DNA of 64,000 nt from Eledone cirrhosa (Eukaryota): NCBI GenBank assembly GCA_964016885.1, contig OZ024742.1:118048001-118112000 (forward strand), written 5' to 3'. The translations under genes were made by a program, and so were the position numbers. The notes under the pieces are model-generated. The model saw only the letters and a program-made list of their open reading frames with translations, was not told the DNA's origin and did no database searches. This document shows, in pieces, positions 23,700 to 36,800 of the stretch; position 1 is the stretch's first letter, and each line of letters begins with the position of its first letter.

Positions 23700-26600
23700 A
23701 CCACACCTACAACAAACACAGACATACCCGAAACAACACCACCAAAACCATCACCACCACAGTCACCAAAACGAAAACAAATAAAACCACACCAACAAAA
23801 TGTTAAAAACTTCGTGCTTGTCAGAAGGGCCAACGATAAACTGATGTCCCTCTTAGCACGAAGCAAGGACATTCAAACAGAGGGGGAGATTTTTGAAAGG
23901 AGCACATTTTGCATGCCAGAAGATTTGCTTCTGGTCCGAATATAATTCAATTCCTTCAAAGAAATTTGAGAGAGCTTTCCTCAAGACATGGGAACCCCGA
24001 ATGTGAAACCCACATCGAGACTTTTAAAGGGGTTCCCAAAAGAAACCCCACCAACCATGGAGGTCGAACCACCCGACCTTCACAAGACCCCGGGAGGTAA
24101 GTAAACCTTCCCTCCCTCTCTTAGCTTACCAACATGGCCATATCAAGTTTAAATGTTCGCGGAAGTTTAAATGTTCGCGGCCTGGGGTCACCCTGGAAGC
24201 AGGGTCGCCTGCTCAACGACCTCAGGTCGCTGGAAATGGATGTGATTGCCGTCAGCGAGACCAGAACTTCCGACACGCGCACACTAGCTCCCATTTTCGA
24301 CGACTATCAGATCTTGGCATCTGTTAGCAGGCCGGGAATGGGGGGTAGAGTGGCAGTGCTGTTTAGGAAAGGACTGGATCTCGAGGTAAGGTCGATCTTC
24401 CGGGACCCGGACGGTAAGTTGGTGGTCTTGGATGTGAGCAGTAGCGAAGGTGGTGCCTTTAGACTGCTGGCCGTCTACGCCCCTTCAGGGGCCGGACGAC
24501 CGGACTTCTTTAGGCGCCTGGAGACCTTTCTGGGTACGTCTCGCCCTTTACTGTTAGCGGGGGACTGGAATGGCATCTTAGACGCACGCTGGGATTGTGT
24601 GGGAGTAGCCGATAGGAGCGGAGGGTGCAAAAGCCTCAAGCACCTACTCAGCCAGTTCCAACTGTCTGACAGGTATCGACTAGATTTTCCCAATGTGCCA
24701 GTATGGACATGGACCAACCGAATGGGGTCATCTAGATCGTATATAGACAGGATCTTCATTAGGAAAATAGATAGAAATAGTGTAGGCTGCTCACTTTTTA
24801 AAGCGGTCGCCTATTCAGATCACAAATTTGTGATCTGTACGGTCGACCTAGATAAAACGCATAGGTTAGGACCGGGTTACTGGAAGCTGAACATGTCATT
24901 TCCGGCACGTAAGACTTAGAGGGACTGAGTCAACAATTTACTTAAGCAAAAGTTGACAGGGGGATCATCAACAACAGATGTTGGGGAGCTCTCAAAAGAG
25001 AGATTTGAGTAACTTCGATAGAGTTCAGCAAAGAACTAGCGTTAGAGAAAAATAGAAAGGAGGGGGAGCTGGTAGATAAGTTAGACGAGGCTATTTGTAG
25101 TGGCATTGTAACCGACGTGCTAACGGCAAGAATGGCATTAGACCATTTCTTCAATGCGAAACACGAAGGTTGCATTGTCAGAGCTAAGGCGCGTGCGCTG
25201 AGAAACGAGGGAACCAAAGCTGTTCGATGGGCCCGCGTGGCGGAGGCGCAGCGTGGTAATAAAACCACAATTCGGTCTTTGTGAACCGAGACAGACACGA
25301 GATAAGCGATTCCAAGCGGATGTGTGAGGCCTTTCGCCGGCACTTTGCTCGGTTGTTCGGGGAAAGTGGCGAGTCAGAAAGAGTAGCGGATTTCAGTCCC
25401 TACCTTGACGGCTTGCCGCGCATCTCGACGCTCGACGCTGAGCGCTGCGAAAGGCCGATTACTTCAGCCGAAATTCAGGACGGCCTTGTCGGCTGCATGA
25501 GGCGCAAGTCACCCGGTTTGGATGGCCTGCCCTACGAGCTTTACGTAAATATGCCAGACTTGTTCTCCGATCTCCTCGAAGCACTCTACTGCAACTGGCA
25601 GCAGAATGGGAGTATTCCCAGTTCTGTGAGCAGGGGAGTGGTGACGCTGATAAGGAAAGACGAGAACAAGAGGGATACATTAGACAACTTCAGGCCCATA
25701 ACTCTGCTCAACACAGAGTTTAAGATTTTGGCCAAGGTGCTAGCAAAGAGATTGGCGCTTGTCGTCGAGGATTTGGTTGAGGAGGCGCAAACTTGCGCAA
25801 TCCCAGCCAGGTCCATACACGACAATCTCCACCTGATGCGATATATCATAGAGAGGGTAGGGTATAAACCTGGCTTCGGTGGGGCACTGATCAATTTAGA
25901 TCAATCGAAAGCATTCGATAGGGTCGTCCATCGGTATCTGGAGTTTGTCCTCAAAGCAGCTGGCTTCCGCCCTGTCTTCAGAAGCTGGATCGCTGCAATG
26001 CACAGCGGCACACGCTCGGTGGTCAAGGTTAATGGCTACCTCTTGGAACCATTTCGGCTCTCCCGATCGGTCCGTCAAGGGTGCCCTCTCTCTTCCCTTC
26101 TGTACGTATTCACTCTCGAGCCTTTACTGCGGAAGCTGGGGCTGTTGTAGGGCATTCCGCTCCAACCGGGACGTGGAAAGGCGGTGTCGGCTTATGCGGA
26201 CGACATCACCGTGATGGTGTCGAACACCTCAGAAATCGAGGTGGTTGGCACCTTATTGAAGGAATATGAAAGGTTGACAGGAGCCAAACTTAAACCGGAA
26301 AAGTCGGTGGGCTTGCAGCTCGGAACCTGGAGATACAAGCCCATGCCGTCCAACAGCGTTGTGGGGCGCTGGACGGACGGACCGGTAAAGTTGCTCGGGG
26401 TCTGGTTCGGACCAGACCTCCAGGTGGAAAATAATTGGGACGAGATAACGAGCAGAGTAGCCAGTCTCACCCAAAAATGGGCTGGGAGGAAGCTATCACT
26501 GAAAGGTCGCGCGGAGGTGGCGAATGCGTACATCGCGTCCGTCATCTACTACCGCTTGACCGTCGTGCCTTGCCCCCGTCCGCGCCTCATCAAGTTGGAA

Positions 26601-27500
26601 CGGCTCCTCTTCAAATTCTTGTGGAGGGGACAAGTTCCGTTGGTGAGGCGGTCCATCTGCTGCCAGCACCCTCTACGCGGAGGGCTGGACATGCCGTGGC
26701 TAATGATGCGCAGACATGCGTTGAGACTGCGATATCTCCAGATATTCTGCCTCAACGGTGAACAGGTGTGGTCGCCGTTTATCAGACGGGCCTTTCCGCA
26801 GCTAATTTCTTTGACTGAGCTGCAGTCCTGGGTTAAGAAGAGACCGAGACTGGGTGACTGGCACCTGGAATGTTGCCAGGCACTCACTGCCCTCTACCAA
26901 CTTCCACTCTCGAGTTCTATAGAGGATTAGTGGTGGGCAAGTGCGATGACGCACTCGGAGAGGCTTTGGGCCTCGACGAAGTCGAACTGACCAGTCCGTA
27001 CCGGAGGACCTTTGAGCCGGGGACGATGAACAATCTCCAGAAATCCCTCGTTTGGCAGTGCTACCGGGGGGCACTGCCGGTTCGGGATAAACTCTACATG
27101 CACGGAAGTGCTGTCCGCCGGACCTGCCCAAGATGCGCACAGAACGACGAAACCGTTCTGCACGCACTTGTCCAATGTCCGTGCATTACTGTCTTGTGGA
27201 GTTATGTCGAACAGCTACTGTCGCGTGTGGAACTAATCCGGCTATCGGCCGAATCCATAGTGAAGATCGACCCACCGCCTTCCTTGGGTCAGGAAGAGCA
27301 GGACATTTTCCTGTCTGGTGGCAGTTGCGAAAGATGTTATATGGTGGACCAGGTTAAAAGGACTGAAAACAGACACTTTTCTCTTCGGCCAATCCCTCAT
27401 CAACTTCTTCAAGTTTCACCTGGAAAGGAAGGTGATGGTGGAGAGGGAAGTGGTGCCCTCCAGTACATTTGCTAAAAGGTGGATGAATGTGGCGAGACTG
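23700..27500 (+). mobile_element. L1/Tx1-type LINE copy 1 (ORF1 end, APE endonuclease, RT, zf-RVT), degraded
   Basis: LNVRGL, VSETR, VYAP, AGDWN, YIDR, SDH (APE); KSPGLDGLP, FRPITLLN, LDQSKAFDRV, VRQGCPLS, YADD (RT); CPRC..ETVLHALVQC. Confidence 0.93.
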
Positions 27501-30500
27501 GCTCGTGAAGGCATGGGTGGGAAAGTGTAATAACAATGGTATACTCCTGCTGCAGATGTGTGAGGAGCTGGATCTGTGTTACCAACACCATGTTCCAACA
27601 AAAGATCAAATTTAAGACCACATGGATACATCCTGCAACTAAGGAATGGCATCTTTTGGACTATGTCCTACTCAGGATGCGTGACAGACATGATGTGCAG
27701 TGTGTTTGTGCCCTTCGTGGAGCTGAGTGCTGGACTGACCACCACCTGGTACGCGCAAAAGTGAAAATAATCACTAAACGTAAAAACCGGGCTCCTGGTT
27801 TTGCCCTGCTCAGAAGATTGAATGCTGCTCGTCTTAGGGATAAAAATGTGAAGAGGACATAGCAAGAAGAGATGCAGGTTGCAGATGTTGGTGAGGATTG
27901 GCCGACCCTTAAAAAGTCAGTTTATGATGTAGGCAGGCGTGTTCTGGGATTGGTGCAGAGAAAACATCAAGCTGGTTTAATAAGAATGATAAACATATAG
28001 AAGACTTGTTAGCTGATTATAGGCGTGCTCTGTCACGCTACTTGACGGCAAAACCACAGGAGAAGAATATGTTGCATAAGGAACTCAAGAATGTGAAATC
28101 ACGTGTTATGCGGAGTATTTCTCAGAAGAAGTATCAGTGGTAGAGTGAGAAGGCTGATGAGATACAAACTGCGTCAGATTCCAATAATACAAAGCTGTTG
28201 TATAGTCTCTTGCGTGAACTTTATGGACCGCCTTCTTCTCTGGTGACACCGCTTCGCAGCAAGGATAGCAAAGAACTTCCTCGTGACTCACAAGGAATTC
28301 TACGAAGGTGGCGAGAGCACTTTCATGAGCATTTGAAGATTTCCTCAATCTCATTCCAGAAAGTCCTGTGAAAGTAGCTCTCGCAGAACCTCCGACGCTT
28401 GTGGAGGTTGCAGTGGCTATCTCGAAGCTGAACAGTGGAAGGTCTCCAGGTATGGATGGCATACATGCAGAGCTCCTACAATATGGTGGTGAGAGACTCC
28501 TGCAACATCTTCACTCTTTGTTTGGCAGGATATGGGCAAGTGAATCCGTACCTGAGGACTGAAGAGATGCAGTAATGGTGGTCTTGTACAAGGGAAAGAG
28601 TAACAGGAATGATTGTGGGAACTACAGAGGTATATCATTGCTTTCTGTCATAGGGAAAGTTTTATGTAGGGTGCTTCTGGACCGTCTGCTGCCATACATT
28701 GCAGATTGTGTTCTTCCTGAAAGTCAATCTGGTTTTCGTGCTGGACGCGGCACTACTGATATGATCTTCTCAGCTAGACAGCTCCAGGAGAAGTGCATGG
28801 AACAAGGTTTGGATCTGTATCGGGTTTTTGTCGATCTGACAAAAACTTTCGATAGTGTTAACAGAAATTCATTATGGAAGGTTCTCCAGAAACCTGGTTG
28901 CACTGATAAGTTCCTTGCTTTAGTTAAGTCTTTCCATGACGACATGAAGGCTTGGGTTAATGTCGGAGGTAACATGTCTGAGCCTATCTCAGTAGAAAAT
29001 GGAGTGAAACAGGGAGATATTCTAGCACCGACCCTGTTTGTCATATACTTTGCAATGGTTTTCTATATTGCATTCAGGAATTGCGAGCATGGTGTTTACA
29101 TCCGATATCGAACCTCAGGCAGCATATTTAACATAAGGCGCTTTGCTGCAAAAACAAAAGTATTTACATCAATCATAAGAGACCTCTTGTATGCAAATGA
29201 TTGCGATCTTGTAGCGCACACAGAGGGTGATATGCAGTACATTTTGAATGCATTTTCTGATGCTTGCACTGCCCTAGGATTAACTGTCAGTCCCAAGAAA
29301 ACCGTCGTCACGACCAACCTGCCCCTGGTAAGCAGTACAGTGAACCAAATATATATGTGTATGGTAAACGACTTGGAGTGGTTGATCAGTTTGTCTACCT
29401 GGGAAGCACTGTCAATCGATACAGCAACCTTGATAATGAAATCCCACTCAGGATTAGGAAAGCAAATGATGCTTTCGGAAAGCTAGAAAGGCAACTCTGG
29501 TGTCTGCGAGACATATGCATGAAGACAAAGGTAAAGGTGTACAAAGCATGTGTGCTCTCTTCTCTTCTTTATGCCTGCGAGACCTGGGTCACATATCGAC
29601 ACCACCTTAAGCAATTGGAGCGTTTCCATCAGATGTGTCTCAGACTGATCCATGGCGTTCACTGGAGGGACCACATTAGTGATGCCGAGATCTTGGAAAG
29701 CTCTATGTGTGACAGTATAGAAGCTCTTGTGCTTAAGCAACGACTCCGTTGGAGTGATCACCTTGCCAGGATGAAGGATTCTAGAATACCAAAACAACTC
29801 TTTTATGGAGAGTTAGTTAAAGGAAAACGACAGCCACATAAACCAAAAAAGAGGTATAAGGATTCCTTGAAAGCCTCTTTGAAAGACGCTAACATCTCTG
29901 CTGATACATGGTATAATGTTGCTGCTGATCGTAATAAATGGAGAAAGACTGTATATGAGGGAAATGTTGCCTTTGAGGCATCTCGAATCACATACGAGAA
30001 AGTAAAGCGGGATATGAGGAAGGGCATTGCTGTTGCACTTCCAGACGGCGAAGGTCCTCCTATGGTGCTGACATGCAGCGTCTGTGCGAGACTGCCTAAG
30101 CAAAGCTAGACTCGAAAGTCATCTTCGCAGTCATAAAATAAGACCAGTGGTTGACTACCAGGCTACTGTTAGAGATGTTACTCATCATGCTTGCCAAACA
30201 TGTGGTAGAGAATGTAAATCAGTAGGAGGGCTCAAACTACATGCAAAAGTAGATGAACTCCAACCACAGCCGGCTATTCCCAGTGAATGTTTTGGTTGTC
30301 AACTCTGTGTAAGACATTTTAGATCATTGGCTGGGCTAAACAGCCACATTCGATCGCATCGCTGTTAATTGCTATCGTGTGGGTGTGGGTGTATAGATAT
30401 GTTTATGTGTGTGCGTGTGTGTGTATATATATATATGTATATTATCATTGTTGTTGTTGTCGTTATTATTATTGTGATTATTTATTATGGTTTCTTTTCT

Positions 30501-30540
30501 CGTGCAATGGCCATACTCGATAACGAGGAGGCAGCCATCA
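27500..30540 (+). mobile_element. RTE (BovB-like) LINE lacking the 5' part of the endonuclease, with stops and frameshifts
   Basis: TWIHP..WHLLDYVL, CWTDHHLV; SPGMDGI, NYRGISLLS, QSGFRAGR, GVKQGDILAPTLF, YAND (YADD mutated), YLGS, RLRWSDH, RIPKQLFYGEL; C-terminal C2H2 fingers. Confidence 0.93.
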
Positions 30541-30883
30541 TGTATATATGTATGGATGTATGGATGGATGGATAGATGGGTGGATGGTGATGTGTGCGTG
30601 TGTGTGTGTGTTTATGTATGGATTTATTGACTGCAGCGCTCACTTCGTACTTATTTTACTATCTCTGAACGATGAAAATCAAAGATAACAGTGACAGGTT
30701 TTGAACCAATAACCTAAAAATACTTAATTAAATAACATAGGGCTTACACTGCAGTACTCTAGTATTTACGTCTTTACTTTTTATTCACTCAGAAGAGAGA
30801 TTGTACAACTGATTTTAATTGGATACCTCACTATGTTAGATTTAAGGTGAACAAATATTTTATAATGATGCGAATGTTTTCAC

Positions 30884-32450
30884 ATAGTTTCCAATGTAGC
30901 TTAGATTAAGTTTCATTTTGTAAATCTATAAGCTGTGATTGGTTATTCATCAGCCAGTCATATTGCTTTTTCCAAGAACTGTTAAATACTTTCTTGGTGA
31001 TTTGATAAAAAGAGAGAGTCCTGTTTGAGTTGTTCGTTTTAAAATTTAAATTAATGTTATGATTGGTTGATTAAATATTGACACATTTACTCTGCTGTAA
31101 TAAAGTTATATTTAAACAACATTCTATTTTTGCTTTACGCAATGTACGGCATCCGGATATGTTACCAGAAGAAACAAGATAATGCATAAAGAAATTCCCA
31201 TCTGGCCTCTTTAGAATTTCTAATTTATCTTCAAAAATCTATCTTTAGTACGTAGATGTTGCTCAAACACACGCAAAAAATGTCTCACCATAATGGCTCA
31301 CGAAATGAGAGCTGCCGTTGCGAAAGGTATAGAATATTTCCATATCATAAAATAACTAAATGATTGTAGAAAATGAATGATTATTGAAAATAGATCAGCC
31401 TGCGCTATTCAATGAACATTGTGTAGGTTCCTTTCCAGAAATCCAGGTCAGCTGGCACACATGAGTCAACCAGACAATACCTTCTTCACAGTGGCCTTGC
31501 TACATTTGAGCTTTAATTGCTCTTGTAACCTCAACCTCTGAACGATTAGTCATCGCTCTCAGAAGCACCTCGTGTACATCAGAAGATGCAGTTGGAATCG
31601 AGTTTAGGAGATCAGCAAGTATTCTCGCGATCTCGCGAAGATGCATCTCTCCGAAGGGACGAGAACCCAAGACACGTTCCTGATAATAGGTGTGGAGGAG
31701 GACTTCTTATTACGAAGTCGGCGGATGGTCTGCCAGACACTTTATTTGCTGATCTTAAGTTGGATTCCAACTCAAGCACTTTCGCCCTCAGTATTTAACA
31801 CGTAGTTTCCAATATAGCTTGGATTAAATTTTATTTTGTAAATCTATAAGCTGTGATTGGTTATTTATCAACCAATCATATTGCTTTCTTCAAGAAATGT
31901 TAAATACTTCTTGAGGATTTGATAAAACGAGAGAGTCCTGTTTGAGGTTATTTATTCTATGGAATGTCAGCATGTTCGTGATGTTCGTTTTAAAAAATTA
32001 TATTAATGCTATGATTGGTTGATTAATATTAACACATTTACTCTGCTGTAATAAAGTTATATTTAAACGACATTTTTTTTTCTTTACGAAATATACGATA
32101 GCCGGATATGTTACCAGCAGAAACGAGATAATGCATAAAGAAATTCCCAACTGGCCTCTTTAGAATTTATAATTTACCTTCAAAAATCTATCTTTCATCC
32201 GTAGCCGTTGCTCAGACACACTCAAAAAATGTCTAGATCGAATAACACGGATATGAATATTTATCTAAAGATCTGTCAATAACTTAGTTCCTAGAAACAC
32301 GAAGTTTTCAACGAGATGATTTAAGAGAATAGACTCACCATAATGGCACTTAAAATGAGAGCTGCCTTTGCGAAACTTATAGAACATTTTTCCATATAAT
32401 AAAATAACTAAATGATTATTGAAAATAGATCAGCTTAAGCTATTTGAAGA
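30884..32450 (+). repeat. Diverged direct duplication (30884-~31415 and 31803-~32450) flanking an RTE fragment (31430-31760, minus)
   Basis: Both copies begin TAGTTTCCAAT..AGCTT..ATTAA and end AAAATAGATCAGC..GCTATT; the middle is homologous to 20940-21190. Confidence 0.8.
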
Positions 32451-32689
32451 GCAAATAATATGCCCAGCTGGCCAAAACATAAACGTAAATCGTTGATTAA
32501 AGCAAAGGAAACTATGAAAAGTATATTTCAGAGAAACACCAAATTGAACAATATTATAGCGTTTCGTCCTTCAGCCTTTTTAGTTCCTATCCTGTAATTT
32601 GCGTTTCACTTAGATCAATCAAATGGGTATAAATAATACACTAATATTTACACACCTTCAATTCGGAGATTAAGAAAAACTTCACCTTC

Positions 32690-33660
32690 ATCTATCGTAT
32701 TTTATTTGAAGGTATCCGTCAGAGTATCGACGTCGAACGCCAACCTCTTTGTTAACATCTTGGCCCAAATCTTGAACTCCGCATTTCGTATAATTATGCT
32801 TCGAAAATTATCAATGTGACCTCAATTCTGATTCTCCAGTCCAGCTACCAGTTGCATTGAAGTCCATCCTGTGATCTGTATCACCACTCCTCCCGAATAA
32901 TTGAGCAAAGTGCCGCAAGAAAACGACACACATCTGTTTAGAATCGAGTAGCTCGTAGTAGTCCGTCAAAGACTGGATTATAATCTTGTTGCTACGCTGC
33001 ACCTCTACCACTAGGTTTCATCAAACAATCTTTGACTTTTTATATCTTAGACCACGTGCTTTAGTTCTGAGAACGCAACATTCGGTATTTAGATTTGACG
33101 AATTGTTGAAGGACCAATGTCCCAGCAAGTATGACGGTCTCGATGCCTTTCATAAAAGCCATTTTTTAAAGTTTATAATTAGTTCTCCCTCTAATGTAGT
33201 TTTTTCCATTACTAAAACTTGTCGATTCTACCCTTTTATGGGTGAACCACTATTTGTTATTGACAATCGCCCCGTCAATGTCCGCTTAACTAGCTTGATA
33301 ATTCTGTCACGCTACGCTTTATGGAAATAACGCGTTCTACTTCAGTAACCGGGTCCTTGCCTACGAAGTCTTTCTAGATCGATCGAACAGTTTACAAATG
33401 AGTTGCCGGTGTAGTCGCTTACTTTAAATTGAAGATAACACATGCTATTCCTATATACTGACCAACAGAATATCCTATCTAAATAAGATCTGAATGATCC
33501 GATGCGGTTTGACCATGATCACATTAGCACATTCGGGAAGTCTACCTGACTGTTGGAAACATGTGAGCAAGTTTGCCAGGCATTTATGTTCTTCAGTCTT
33601 CTTTCAGTTCATAAATTATAACAAACTTACAGGATCGATGCGAACCACATCTCGAAAGAC
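32690..33660 (-). mobile_element. Old degenerate L1/Tx1-type fragment
   Basis: Minus strand NAEFKIWAKMLTKRLA, MCVVFLRHFAQLFG and endonuclease remnants, homologous to 24600-25760. Confidence 0.7.
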
Positions 33661-33845
33661 TCAACAACAAATATAATAATAATAATTTGGTAGTATTTAG
33701 CTGTTTTAACGGCGATTCTAGCAATGGGTTTTCCTCATTTTTATATGTATTCAAATACACTTTCACTTCGTCTCGATCAGAGAGAACATTATTTTTTTCA
33801 TTTATTATTATTATTATTATAATTATTAGTATTATTATTATTATT

Positions 33846-36800
33846 GAGTCTGAACGGACGTCTTTTTGCTCGCTTCCGTAAGTTTATTTATTTACCTGTC
33901 AAAACTTATTTATTGAATTCTTTGTTATTGTGTAAGGCATACAAGCCCTTGGACTTTGCCCTGTGAAGGGGAAAGAATAATATTTGGGCCTTTTGGCACA
34001 AATATTTGAACTCTTTTACATTTTAGAAAAATTATCGAAAAAAAAAAAACATGGCTGAGCCACGCCCTCCAGCGATATGCCTGCTGTCGTGCGACAACGA
34101 CGTAAAAGTTGAGAGGAGCGCTACGGCGAAATTAACAGAAATTGATACAACAACCACCACCACAAACAATGTGAACAAAGACAGCAATAAGAACTCTAAT
34201 TTTGAAAAAAATGACAGTAACAGCGACAACGAAAATACAGATAACAGAAAAAATGACAAATGCAACAACAATATCAACACCACTAACATGAAAACAAATA
34301 GCGACAACACCAACAGCAACAATACCAACTGCACCGAGAACAACGGCGGCACCAAAGACAAAAATGATAACAGCGACAGTGATAACAGCAACACCAACAA
34401 GAACAACGACAACAACAACAACATCGACAACAAGAAGAACACTTTCGCTGCGGCAGCAGCAAAAAAGAGGCCATGCTTCAACATGGACCTCTCAAACAAA
34501 GATGAAAACTTGGCCCAGGCCTGGAAGCTCATCAAGCAAGAGCAAACCTGGACCAACTTAACTGTCTCGGTAGAAGCTATTGAGGCAGTGGAGGGCAGAA
34601 CGGTGCATTATAGATGCATCTCAGCACAAACCAAAAGGGTAACTTTAATTCCACAAGCAAATGTCGAAGTCGCGCTGAGGTGCATCAGAGATCACACCGA
34701 ATACATAGCGAGGGCAGACAGTACGGCCCCATTTCGGTGCTGCTCAAGTCAGAAGCCCTCGCTATGAAACATGCTATGACTCCTTGCAAAACCAGCAAGG
34801 TCATAATGTACCCCTCCCACATTGGAAAAAGAACGGCCCGTCTCCGCATTCCCAGAATCCCACCAGGACTTGACATGTGGTGGCTTCTGGGATGTGTGAT
34901 TGTGGAGGGGACAGATACCGTCCCGATAGAAGTGACAAGAACGGCCAGAGAGGACTGGTCCGGGGTTGACCTGGAGATACTTATCCTAATCAGGCCCGAG
35001 AATGTGAAGTTAATCCCGACCACATCCGCCTTCAGAATGGGACGGTCATTCATATTATGACTGAGGGAAAAAGGCCGCATTGTTTTGTTTGTAGGGAAAA
35101 AACCCATTTGCAAGCCTTCTGCCCTCAACTGCTAAAAGATGCAAGGGGTCAAAGGGCTCCACTGCTGCCGACGCCGGGGCGAGGACCACAACCAACACCA
35201 GCACCGGAAAAACCACCAACAACAACACCAATAGAAAGACCACCCAGGGGGGAAACGAGGAAAGTTGTCAAATCCCCCCCCCCCCCCACAAAATACACAC
35301 ATCAATAAAAACATAAACACACACACAGACACACTTACAGAGACAGACCCCTCACCTACCAGTAGTGAAGATGAGGGAAAACCAAAAAAAAAAACCAAAA
35401 ATACAAAAAAGGAAACACAACAAGAAGAAAAACTCAACAAAGCATAAAATCACCTACAATAAAAAATGCAGACACCCCCCGCAAACATCTCTCCAATAAC
35501 ATCAACATCAACACCACCATCACCATCACCAGAATCCTCCAAACGCAAACAACCTGAACAGACGCAAGAACAAATACACACACAACATCTGAAACCACAG
35601 ACACCGCACTCACAACAAACACAGATACAACCGAAACAACACCACCAAAACCATCACCACCACAGCCACACAAACAAATAAAATCACACAAAAAAACATA
35701 CAAAACTTCGTGCTCGTCAGGAGAGCCAACAAGGAACTGATGGCCCTCGTAGCACGAAGTGAAAATATACAAAAAGAGGGGGACATTTTTAAATCGAGCA
35801 CGTTCCGGAAGATTTGTTTCTGGTGCGAATGTCGCTCGATTTATACAAAGAGATACGAGACAGCTTTCCTCGGGACGTTGGAACCCCGAACGTAAAACCC
35901 ACTTCAAGACTTTTAAAGGAGTTCCCAAAAGAAACCCCACCAACTATGGAGGTCGAACCACCCGACCTTCACAAGAGCCCGGAAGGTAAGTAAACCTTTC
36001 CTCTCTCACTTTTAACCTGCCAACATGGCCGTATTAAGAGTAGGAAGTTTAAATGTTCGAAACCTGGGATCGTCCTGGAAGCAGGGTCACCTGCTCAACG
36101 ACCTCAGGTCTCTAGACATGGATGTAATTGCCGTCAGCGAGACCAGAATTTCCGACACGCGCACACTAGCCCCTATTTTCGACGACTATCAGATCTTTGC
36201 ATCTGTTAGTCGGTCGGGACTAGGAGGCGGGGTGGCATGGCTGTTTAGGAAAGGCCTGGATCACGAGGTTAGGTCGATCTTCCCGGACCCGGACGGGAAT
36301 TTTGTGGTCCTGGACGTGAACATTAACGAAGATGGTGCCTTTAGACTGGTGGCCGTCTACGCCCCTACTAAGGCAGGACGGCCAGACTTCTTTAGACGCA
36401 TGGAAGCCTTTCTGGGTACGTCTCGCCATTTACTGTTAGCGGGGGACTGGAACGGCATCTTTGACGCACGCTGGGACTATGTGGGAGTATCCGATAGGAG
36501 CGGGGGGTGCAAAAGCCTCAAGAACCTGATCAGCCAGTTCCAACTGTCTGACAGGTATCGACTAGATTTCCCCAATGTGCCAGTATGGACATGGACCAAC
36601 CGAATGGGGTCATCTAGATAGTATATAGACAGAATATACATTAGGAAAATAGACAGAAATAGCGTAAGCTGTACACGTTTTAAAACGGTCGCCTATTCAG
36701 ATCACTAGTTTGTGAGCTGTATGGTCGACCTAGATAAGACGCGTAGGTTAGAACCTGGTTACTGGAAGCTGAACATGTCATTTCCGGTAGGTTAGGCTGA

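Noticed and set aside
24152-24180. Doubled SLNVRG motif at the endonuclease N-terminus
   Set aside because: An 18-bp local tandem duplication absent from the copy at 36025; copy-specific decay.
34032-34556. Hydrophobic 174-aa minus-strand ORF and other antisense ORFs over the LINEs
   Set aside because: They are shadows of the AAC-rich ORF1 and of RT coding strands.
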